This document shows, piece after piece, positions 1-9,995 of a DNA stretch of 64,000 nucleotides. The stretch is from assembly GCA_950097015.1 (NCBI GenBank), contig CATNEN010000012.1, positions 372,001 to 436,000 on the forward strand. Reading direction: 5' to 3'. Each line of letters opens with the position of its first letter. Positions within the stretch are counted from its first letter, which is position 1. Origin of the DNA: Macrostomum hystrix. Taxonomy: Eukaryota; Animalia; Platyhelminthes. The translations under genes and the position numbers were made by a program. The notes beneath the pieces are model-generated. The model saw nothing but the letters and a program-made list of their open reading frames with translations, was not told where the DNA came from and ran no database searches.

Positions 1-1031
1 GAAAATTGACGGCCTTTAAGAATAAGTTAATCCCTTTTTTAAAGCTATCTTGAGGATCAAAAGTATCCGACCCCAAAGTAAGCAATTTATTTTTGAAAAT
101 ACATACTGTTTATAGTTAAGGCAACTCAGCTAAGGTTAGATGTCTGAGTGCGACGTACGAGTGAGAGAGACAATCAGTTAATGCACAGTCTTGCGATGTA
201 CACTGTTAGTGAGCATAGCGAAAGTAAAGTGAGTACGCGATACACAACACTATACGTATAGTCGTAATGTACGACATTCGCAGCTCACACGATTTCAGTG
301 TTGCATGTGCTGAGGCAGCGTTGCCAAATGAAAATACGGAGCAGTAATAAGTGAGAAGATGAAAAGTAACGCGAGGCATAAAAAGGCCCACGCGCACTAT
401 CATATATTTAGACTGTCAACAAGGCTGTCACGTCAACAACCAACCCCCACCCCGGCCTAAGCCGGTCTGGGACAGACAGTAAAACCCCAGTCAATCACAA
501 CGCGCCACGTGCGCTTGCACTCTAGGCGACATGCAAGCTGCATACACAGCACTCAGATGTAACGTTCAGCTAGCTGCCTGTGTGCTAATGTAAAAGGGAA
601 ATAAGGGTGTACAATATATTGTCTAATATAGGGGTTAAATTATGCATGTCTATGTGCTTAGAGAGGTGTATATTTACCGTCGTAATACGATGGCTGCATT
701 AGGGTTCCATAGAAATCAATGATTGCGCTTGTAGATAGTTAGACAGCCACTTTTGTCACTTTCTCTTTTAAGTCTTTTTAATTATATCCTCTTTAGCACA
801 ATAATTAGCCATTGCATTTAATTAATTGATCACGATTCCAAACCCAACACACTCAGATCACATTACTAAGCGCAAGCAAGTATTTGTATAAATAAAATTT
901 TTCTAATTTGGTTAAAATACGCTGTGACGGAGAGCTATGACGCATTTTTTGTTTTACTTTCTACGTAATAATTTTTGCCATTTTTCTGCGACATCCTTTC
1001 CGCGATTCGCAGGGGCTCCGTCTGTCCTTCG

Positions 1032-3129
1032 GGGTGTGTATAAAGCCAGGGCTCGGCTGGAGGTCAGTGGCATTAAAACAAAGTTTAAAGAATAGTCGGG
1101 CAGATAAGTCGAAACATGAAGAATAAAATAAATTCATATGCGTGTATAAATTATGATTGTTTCTATAAATTTTTTATTTATCTTTACATCACGAAGTTAG
1201 TTACATAGAATTTTTTTAATTTCTTTTTTACCGGCGGTAATTACGTCAAATATTAAGTCATATATTAATATTAATAAATTTAAGTCAAATAGAGGCTATT
1301 CGAATTTTAAAACGGCGAAAGCTTTCGTATAAATATATTATCGTAGGGGCTTATAAACCGCTCATAAGCCCGTTATAAGCCGAAGTTTATTTTGAACGAC
1401 CAGACCAAGTTATAAGTAACATCGCTGCTTGAAGCAGTTAGTGGCGAATAAGAGTTACATCAAGATCTAGTTGAAAAGTAGTTTTTCATTTGTGGCGAAC
1501 GAGTTTAAAAAAAGTGGGTTTATAGCGAGTCGCTAGTGAAACGGGAGTGTAATCTTATCTAATCTTTCGCTTCCGCTTGAAATAATACGAAAGAGCCTTA
1601 GCAATACCAATGCTCGATTGTACACGCAATATTTTCTCAATATGCCTTTTCGTAATTCAATATCGAGAATCTTATTGCAAAACGATATTCTCAAAATTAC
1701 ATATTATAAAATTCAAAATGAAAAGAATTAAAAAATAAATGCCTTGATCAAGCCTTGTTTTGCAATAACATGGTGTTAAATTCTAGCAATTTTCGCAGTC
1801 TATAACTTCAACTGTGTATCTTAAAGATTTAAACTTAAAATGCAGCTGAAAGTAAAGTGTTAAAGCAGTTATAGTGACGTCCAGCTCGTTAATTTCCGAT
1901 GGCCTTTTGTCTAAGACGCTTGATCGTCTAGGACGCGTACACGACATTTTGGTTCGAATCTGACGGCAATACATTTTTGTCCGAGAGTGTTTTCGATCAA
2001 AGTTTTACACTGACCAACTGCAATGGTCTAACAACACCAATAGATGTTTTTTATATAACTTCTAACCATTTCTCTAAATAATTGAACTTTTTATACTCGT
2101 ACTTATTAGCGTATGCTGTCTGAATTTATCACGGAAAAGGTATCCGATATGTTTAGAAAAACTGAAAATAAAATTTTAGGATCTTTGACATATGCGTCGA
2201 TGGAATTTATTCTGATTGGATAGGTCAGCAAAGTTATAACAAAAAAAGCATTTGCTTTGGTAATAAATTATTATTTGCAAACCTCAATATGTTAATATGG
2301 CTCGGAAATTAACGAGCTGGACGTCACTATAACTGCTTTAACACTTTACTTTCAGCTGCATTTTAGGTTTAAATCTTTAAGATACACAGTTGAAGTTATA
2401 GACTGCGAAAATTGCTAGAATTTAACACCATGTTATTGCAAAGCAAGGCTTGATCAAGGCATTTATTTTTTAATTCTTTTTATTTTGTATTTTATAATAT
2501 GTAATTTTGAAAATATCGTTTTGCAACTTTGCAAGTTTGCAACTTTTCAACTAGATCTTGATGTAACTCTTATTCGCCACTAATTGCTTCAAGCAGCGAT
2601 GTTACTTATAACTTGGTCTGGTCGTTCAAAATAAACTTCGGCTTATAACGGGTTTATGAGCGGTTTATAAGCCCCTACGATAATATATTTATACGAAAGC
2701 TTTCGCCGCTTTAAAATTCGAATATAGCCTCTATTGGACTTAATATTAATATTAATATATTATTAATATTAATAATATTAACGGTATATTATATTATTAT
2801 ATACCTTGATTGATACCTATTATACCTATTATATCTTGATACCTATATTATATCTTGATACCTTGATACCTATTATATACCTTTATATACCTTGAATAAT
2901 ATGACTTAATATTTGACGTAATTACGGCCGGAAAAAAGGAAATTAAAAAATTCTATGTAACTAACTTCGTGATGTAAAGAAAAATTAAAAATTTATAAAA
3001 ACAATCATAATTAATACACGCATACGAATTTCTTTTATTCTTCATTTTTCGTCTTATCTGCCCGACTATTCTTTAAACTTTGTTTTAATGCCACTGACCT
3101 CCAGCCGAGCCCTGGCTTTATACACACCC
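1032..3129. mobile_element. Non-autonomous Mutator/Foldback-like DNA transposon (almost entirely inverted repeat)
   Basis: The ends GGGTGTGTATAAAGCC (1032) and GGCTTTATACACACCC (3129) are exact reverse complements. Identical 9-bp direct repeat TGTCCTTCG at 1023-1031 and 3130-3138. Arm 1032-1478 pairs with 2543-3129, arm 1675-1898 pairs with 2301-2526, leaving a ~400-bp loop. No transposase ORF. A 9-bp TSD with long TIRs is typical of the MULE superfamily. Confidence 0.85.
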
Positions 3130-4549
3130 TGTCCTTCGCACCCGCACGCTGACTGTCCTTCTCGCTGTGTGGCCGTGTACTTTAACTGTTAGATGACTGA
3201 GCAACTTAGGTCAACTATAGGACACAACGAAATTTGCTATGTATGGCACTTTAAATGAACGAGGCCTGACGTTCGCTATTTCCATCTGTGAAAGTTAAAT
3301 CTATAATTTAACTAGTAGCTAATTATTCAGGAAGGCCCCTATATCACTATATCACTATAGGCCTATATAGCTTATTATTTATGTAGGCCCCTATAACTAT
3401 ACCACTACACCCGACGACAGACTCAAGCTCAGCGAGTCCACGTCCACCTTGTGCTTCATTTGCCCTAATTCCCTATGTTAAGTTCTATCTGATCAATAAG
3501 ATAATGAAATTTAGTGCTCGCTAGGGACCTATCTAGACAGAGCATTGCTATTTAAACCAGAGCATGACACTGCATAAGCATTTTATATTGAGTAGGCCTA
3601 ACTAACTCATTTAGCAGTTCGGGTGAGAGGAAAGCTGAGAAGGGATGTATGCATACACAAAAGATACATGCAGTTTCGTACTTTCAGCTTTAAGCTAAGC
3701 CTAGTCTAGGCTAAGGCAATCAATGACTATACAGTAGAAGTAGGGCATATACTGGCTGTAGTTGTAGAATTTCAAGACAAGTAGGCCCCATAGAAATATT
3801 ACAGCATGACTAGTTGGATCAAATGCAGACTCTATGTGATGTTTTTTCATGTTTTTCAAACAATGTTTTTTCAAACAAAAAATAATTATGCAAAACAAAC
3901 TGAAATATTGCCCCTAGGGGCCTACTTGTCTCATCTAAGGAAACCAAGGTTAAAAGGGATGAGCAGAAAAGTGGAGTGGCAACTTTTTGTTACAAGCTAC
4001 AAACTTTTAACTTGATGCTTATCAATTAAATATTTTTGCCAAACAAGATTGGTTAGTAAAATTGTCTGAACTTTAAATTTGAAACTTTGAAATTGCTGTT
4101 TTTAGGCTCAACTCTTTATCACACATTCAGTACCCATAGTCAGTTTAGTTAAGTCAACCTTGCTAAAACTAAAATAATCATTTTTATATAAAGCCTTGTC
4201 TTTATAGTAGTTATAGACTTATAGATTATTATTCATATTAGAAAACATATTACCAAACAAAAAGTTACAAATTGAAACATAGGGCCTAGCATCAACTTTG
4301 TAATTAGTTAACATTTTTAATAGTTAGTAGCCACACAACCATAATTATGGATCTATCAACTGGTATAATATAAATAAATTGTGTGGTATATCAATAGTTA
4401 AAAATATCCTAACTCTATCTCAGATCCCAATCCTAAATATTTGATTGTGTCTAGTCTGTGATCCTGATCTATAAATAGGTAGTGCTACAGGCTAATCTTA
4501 ACTGTTATATTATTTAAAGTATATTATTTAATTATATCTGATCTCCAGG

Positions 4550-4966
4550 ATTCCAACTGTACTGTGCAGGCTCTCTTGCACAACTACACAATGTCTCATA
4601 AATGCAAGTCAAAAAAGTATTACTGGATGCCAGGTCAGTGGCTACCAAGGCAAGATCATGGTTGACATTAGCCAGTTCAACATGGTTGAAATGCACTTAG
4701 TCCCATTATGTCAGGTGTTGCTCGAGAATTTTTTACCTGCTCTGTTGCTGACAGTTCTGCTTCTTGTACTGCTTCTGCTGACTATCTACTATCTGTTCGG
4801 CATGGTTAAAAAAGATATGACTAATAGAAACAGGCGAATGAAGGACAATGACATCAGCGACCATCATGCTTTGGGTGGCTTGGCAACCAAGCGCTTGTTT
4901 TCTCCAATGTTAATGCTAATGCTGCCCTGCATGCACAAAGCTGCGCCGCAGATGTATTATGTCTGA
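4550..4966 (+). other. Possible terminal coding exon or small ORF with one hydrophobic segment (unassigned)
   Basis: The frame of ORF 4658-4966 is open from just after the acceptor-like ctccag at ~4549. It contains FLPALLLTVLLLVLLLLTIYYLFGMV followed by KK. No recognisable family. Confidence 0.2.
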
Positions 4967-5744
4967 CCTTGAATTGCTCATAGCATGCAGGACAGGACTG
5001 CCAGACAAACCTGAGTCAAGTCTAGAATGGCTAAAAGAGGGTATTCTAAAAAAACCTATTCCATTTTCAGTAGTCTTCTGTTGGTCCACTGCTGTAAGCT
5101 GACTTTGTTTTCATGCTCTCTGTGCGATGTCTCTCCATCTAGTGGTTGTTTAGTTACTTTGTTCAGTTTTTGTTGCCTTTTTGCCTTCTTACTTCTACTT
5201 ATCATTTACAAGTTTGGAATTCAAGAAAGGACATTGTAGCCCAGTAATTATATCTTCGGATTTCTCACCGAGAGGTTTGGAGTTCGAATTTCATCTCATA
5301 GGCTCATAGTTAGCATTTTGTGTCATTACCAGTAGAACTACCAAAGGTGGGAACTTCTTCCCCCAGACAATTTTTTGTGCTGCACCCGAAAGGAGAAACG
5401 CAAGCAGACGGTTAAGAACACAGGCCAACTTTTTGTTGCGCATCTTCTGAAACAAGAATCAAGTCGCCACCTCTTCAGACCGTAGAGATATTCAATGTTT
5501 CTGGCCAAAGGTCAGATTTTTACCATAAGCGCTCGTATATTTCATACGCCCCTATACACGAATTAGCACTGTGCCTCAATGCGGCCTTGTCAGGCCTTCA
5601 AAATTTATCAGCATGTCACCCGAGTGTGCCTGCATCATCTACGTCTTCGGTGGTCACCTACCTTTATCTAGACGGGTTTGCTAAGTGCATTAGTTCACCC
5701 CCAGTTGTACAATGACATCTACTGGGGTAAAAATTTGGGAGAGT

Positions 5745-6150
5745 GTGGCGGCCTCCCCAGTCCACTGACAGCTAGATTGTGGCGGCCTCCCCAGTCCACT
5801 GACAGCTAGATTGTGGCGGCCTCCCCAGTCCACAGACAGCTAGATTGTGGCGGCCTCCCCAGTCCACTGACAGCTAGATTGTGGCGATCTCCCCAGTCCA
5901 CTGACAGCTAGATTGTGTCGGCCTGCCCAGTCCACTGACAGCTAGATTGTGGCGATCTCCCCAGTCCACAGACAGCTAGATTGTGGCGGCCTCCCCAGTC
6001 CACTGACAGCTAGATTGTGGCGATCTCCCCAGTCCACTGTCAGCTAGATTGTGGCGATCTCCCCAGTCCACAGACAGCTAGATTGTGGCGGCCTCCCCAG
6101 TCCACTGACAGCTAGACTGTGGCGGCCTCCCCAGTCCACTGACAGCTAGA
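5745..6150. repeat. 34-bp minisatellite, ~12 copies
   Basis: Unit GTGGCGGCCTCCCCAGTCCACTGACAGCTAGATT; period 34 measured at 5745/5779. Confidence 0.95.
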
Positions 6151-6821
6151 TGTACGCAGCCGTTAGCCGAGCAATAGCTGCTGTTGTGTGCCATTGGCTG
6201 TGCATCTTGACCAACTCTATCTTATCCGTCTTTTCAGTTTGTTACTAGTCTGTGCTGGTAACATTTTTTCGCCTTAAGACAAGTTGATTTAATCAAAATG
6301 GTAACTAGCGGCAGTTTTTTGTGCTATTGTTCTATCACGTTTTTCCAAAAATGATTTTCTTATATTTGTTTAACTTTTTTAATCGCCATCCGTCTGTAAA
6401 CAGCTTGTGCAATTCTGCTTCAAGGACTCGTGGGTAGAAGTGGGGAATGAAGGACTCGGGGGTAAAACTGTGAGTTAGCTTAGGCAAACATATTTCTCTA
6501 GTTAATATTATTATTCTCTCGGTAACTGGACTATGTAATGTCCATATCGCTTTTGTTGCTGTGTTCCGTAGGCAATGTTTTGGAAGGCCTAATTAATCCG
6601 AGTTTAATTGCAGCTCTATGCAGATCCAGTAAAATACTTTTTTTCGCATTTTTTGTTTTGAAAGTTTTAATTAAAAAAGTCCATATATACCCAGATAGTT
6701 TGATTTATTTAAAATAATTGATAGTTGCAGTCCATGTTGTAGTTTGTCTCTTACATAGCAAGAAATGTTTTTAATATTCGAATTTAAACTAAGATTATTC
6801 ACACCAGTATTCAAGTCTGTC

Positions 6822-7132
6822 CACTGTCCACTCAGACTATTCACTGTCCACTCAGACTATTCACTGTCCACTCAGACTATTCACTGTCCACTCAGACTAT
6901 TCACTGTCCACTCAGACTATTCACTGTCCACTCAGACTATTCACTGTCCACTCAGACTATTCACTGTCCACTCAGACTATTCACTGTCCACTCAGACTAT
7001 TCACTGTCCACTCAGACTATTCACTGTCCACTCAGACTATTCACTGTCCACTCAGACTATTCACTGTCCACTCAGACTATTCACTGTCCACTCAGACTAT
7101 TCACTGTCCACTCAGATTATTCACTGTCCACT
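6822..7132. repeat. 20-bp minisatellite, ~15 copies
   Basis: Unit CACTGTCCACTCAGACTATT, near-perfect; ends ~45 nt before the NOP53 exon acceptor. Confidence 0.97.
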
Positions 7133-7175
7133 AAGAGGCCTCACTAGTGGTGCTATATTCTAAACGAATTTCCAG

Positions 7176-9340
7176 GCGGACCCAGCGGAGCCTACAAAGA
7201 AGCGGCTGCGTCTGTCCAGGAACAAGAAGAAGACCTGGCGAAAGCTGTCTAGAGATGTTGACAATCTGCTGCCACAGCAAACCACGGCCGATCTGGTCAG
7301 GTGTGTACTTCTAGCGCTCACTCGAAATCAGTCATTTGATTTCACAACTTTTCACTATTGCTTACTTACTTGTTACTATTGATGAGTGACGTCATTTGTC
7401 ACTGCTGTTATTGATAGAGTGACGTCATTTGACACTGCAGTCATTGATAGAGTGACGTCATTTGACACTGCAGTCATTGATAGAGTGACGTCATTTGACA
7501 CTGCAGTCATTGATAGAGTGACGTCATTTGACACTGCAGTCATTGATAGAGTGACGTCATTTGACACTGCAGTCATTGATAGAGTGACGTCATTTGACAC
7601 TGCGGTCATTGATAGAGTGACGTCATTTGACACTGCAGTCATTGATAGAGTGACGTCATTTGACACTGCAGTCATTGATAGAGTGACGTCATTTGACACT
7701 AGCTCGGAAGCAAGTGTTCTCAATTTACAAAATAGTTCGAAGTAGTTCAGCATCTTTCGCTCTTTATACCAATTTTAAGGCGACGAAGCGGTGGCTTCTA
7801 CATCGACGTTGGCGAGCCCGGACAGCGTCGGCGCCAGAGCAAGCAGCAGCAGCGGGGGGCACAGGCCGGCTCAGCCACCTCTCGAATCCTGTCTGGCCTC
7901 CGCTGCCACGAGTCGCTGACTGCAGCAACAGCTGTCGAATCTGTCGAGTCGAAGCGTCAGCAGCGATTCAACACCCGACCGTTGGATCGTCGGGTCAAAC
8001 AACTGGCAGCCGCTGATGCCGGTGCTAAAACTGGCGCCCACTCCGCTGGGGCCCCGGCTAAAGCGACTGCCGATCCTCAGACGGACCTATGGGCCGACCA
8101 GCCTGCCAACAGATCTGACGATAAAGTGCCGGAGCTGCAGCAGCTGCTGCAGCATCACATGCGCTGCACTAAGCGGGCACCGGTTAAGCGCAGATTTCGC
8201 GGCGCTGCCGGCTCCGCGCCCGCCTGCCAGGTGCCGCAGTCGGGCGCCTCCTACAATCCGTCACTGGCCGATCATCAGGCCCTGCTGGCCTCAGCTACTC
8301 AGGCCGAGCTGGATAAGGAGGCCAAAACCCAGCGGCTTCATCGTCAGCTGGAGTGGCATTTTCCTAGCACGGCCAGCGCTGCCGCCGAACTGATCGCCGC
8401 CAGCAACGAGGAGATGGCCGCCGGACTGTTCGAGAGCGACAGCGAAGACGAGCAGCCAAACGGAGGCGACAAGGATGATGTCAGCGAAGCTGCCGCAACA
8501 ACCGCGTTGCCCGCCAAGAAGGTACGGCTTGATAATAAGAATTGCAGGATGCTGGGGGCTATGGCCCACATCATTTGGTGACAGTAGACCTGCAGCCAGC
8601 GAGGAGGAAGTTTTGCCCTGACTTTCTCATCGTCAGGCAGTGTACACTCTCACTGCGCTTGGAGGTTGGCCCACAAGCCCCCAAACTCTCTTTCTGCGAC
8701 TGCGCCCTTTATGAATGTGGCCTCGCCGCGAAATCGAGCTCTGGGTCTTATGCGTGATCGGCAAACGCGTTAGGAATAGGAATACTGGATTCCTGCAGAT
8801 TCCTATTCATACAGAATCGTAGATTACTATGGATACCTCTAGATTTCTTTATTTCATCTTTCTTCAACCGAATCATTGCTTCAGCCGGCAGCCGGTCGCT
8901 CGAGTCGCAAACAGAACGCCGAGGTTCGTCGTCAGCGCGCCCTAGCCGCCGAAGCCAAGCGCCTGAAGCGTCAATCCGCAGAGTTGGACCGGCTACCCGC
9001 CCTTAGCCGCCAGGTTGGGCGCCAGTTGGCCGCCAGCGATCGGCTCAAAGCGGCCCGCCTGGCCAAACGACGCCATCTGGCCCAGACCAGTACTAAACGC
9101 CTGGGCCGACAGAAGTTTGAAGAGCCCGAGGCCGAGTTCAAGCTAGCCGAGGAGCTGGCGCCGAGTCTGCGACAGTTGCGTCCAGAGGGCGATTTGTTTG
9201 TTGACGCAGTGAAGAGCTTCCAGAGGCGCAGCATGCTGGAGCCAAGGACGCGCGCCGCGTGGCGCCACAAGCATCCGTACAAGCGCTACAGAAAGAAGGG
9301 CCAGGAACTGGAAATACCGCCTGGGGATAAGCAGAAATAA
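7176..9340 (+). CDS. NOP53: Ribosome biogenesis protein NOP53/GLTSCR2 (start codon not located)
   Basis: Exons 7176-7300, 7780-8521, 8885-9340 join in phase (440 aa). N-terminal SRNKKKTWRK, FYIDVG, and the C-terminal block KRLGRQKFEEPEAEFKLAEELAPSLRQLRPEGDLFVDAVKSFQRRSMLEPR are characteristic of NOP53. Confidence 0.88.
7382..7700. repeat. 33-bp intronic minisatellite, ~9.5 copies
   Basis: Unit GAGTGACGTCATTTGACACTGCAGTCATTGATA, in a NOP53 intron. Confidence 0.97.
8613..8772 (-). mobile_element. tRNA-derived SINE-like repeat, copy 1 (NOP53 intron)
   Basis: The minus strand reads TAACGCGTTTGCCGATCACGCATAAGACCCAGAGCTCGATTTCGCGGCGAGGC, a tRNA-Val-like head with a degenerate B box. The body, including TACACTGCCTGACGATGAGAAAGTCAGGGCA, is shared with 27932-28078. 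Confidence 0.6.
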
Positions 9341-9584
9341 CTGTGGCTGGATTGTATGTATTTGATATACTCAATCTGAGTTTTAATTTCCAGGACCTCC
9401 TTATTCAACCATTTTTACTCATGTCAAATTGGTCCTGTCTAAATTAGTTCGAACTTTTGTCATGCTGTTTCGACGATTAACGTCTTTAAGCTTCAGCTAA
9501 ATGATCTTGTTGTTTTAAAAAAATACACTGGTGGCTATTTCCCAGTTCAGTAAAAAAGCATTTTGTATCTTCTTCAGTCTGCTT

Positions 9585-9860
9585 TCGCTGATCTTTTGAA
9601 TTAAGTTTTCTGCCGAATTGCCTTCGTTTTTTCGTCTAAATTTTTCGTCAGCTCCATGCTAAAAGCTGCATATAAATCTGATACCTAATTTGTGAGTTTC
9701 TCAGTCACTGATTTTTCCTTTACCTTTTCCTAGCCCTCTGATTGGTCCTTTACATTTTCCTAGCCCTCTGATTGGTCCGCCACCCTCCTACTCCTCTGAT
9801 TGGTCTGTCACCCTCTCCTTGTACTCTGATTGGTCCGCCTTCCTCTGCTACTCCTCTAAT
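9585..9860. promoter_or_regulatory. Cluster of CTGATTGG (CCAAT-box) repeats upstream of SDR42E1
   Basis: Four CTCTGATTGGTC motifs at ~9737-9840. They are preceded by GCTGATC..GAATTAAGTTTTCTGCCGA (9587), which recurs at 11791 ahead of the intronic CCAAT array. Confidence 0.45.
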
Positions 9861-9995
9861 TTGCCCGTCGCTCTCGTATTACAGTCGTCTCTTTACTATA
9901 ACACACTCAGATTGATTTGGATAAATCGAATATAATCTTTCAGCAGGGTCGTTTGAAATTGTATCTAAGTGACTTATAAAATTACAAAATCTCAT

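Noticed and set aside
400-500. Possible SINE tail or LTR edge (CTGGGACAGACAGTAAAACCCCAGTCAATC)
   Set aside because: No partner LTR, PBS, PPT or second copy in the window.
1022-1031. 10-bp TSD reading (CTGTCCTTCG)
   Set aside because: The extra C belongs to the right TIR (CCC mirrors GGG); 9 bp gives symmetric termini.
1783-1974. 63-aa minus-strand ORF in the foldback element as a transposase remnant
   Set aside because: Mostly within the inverted arm, with no DDE, FLYWCH or SWIM motif recognisable.
5237-5292. Degenerate tRNA-like segment (GCCCAG...GGAGTTCGAATT)
   Set aside because: Only the B box is convincing; no cloverleaf and no second copy in the window. At best an old SINE head.
6400-6780. 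Candidate NOP53 initiator exons (ATG at ~6446, ~6619, ~6734)
   Set aside because: None gives a strong phase-0 donor compatible with the 7176 exon; the start is left undetermined.
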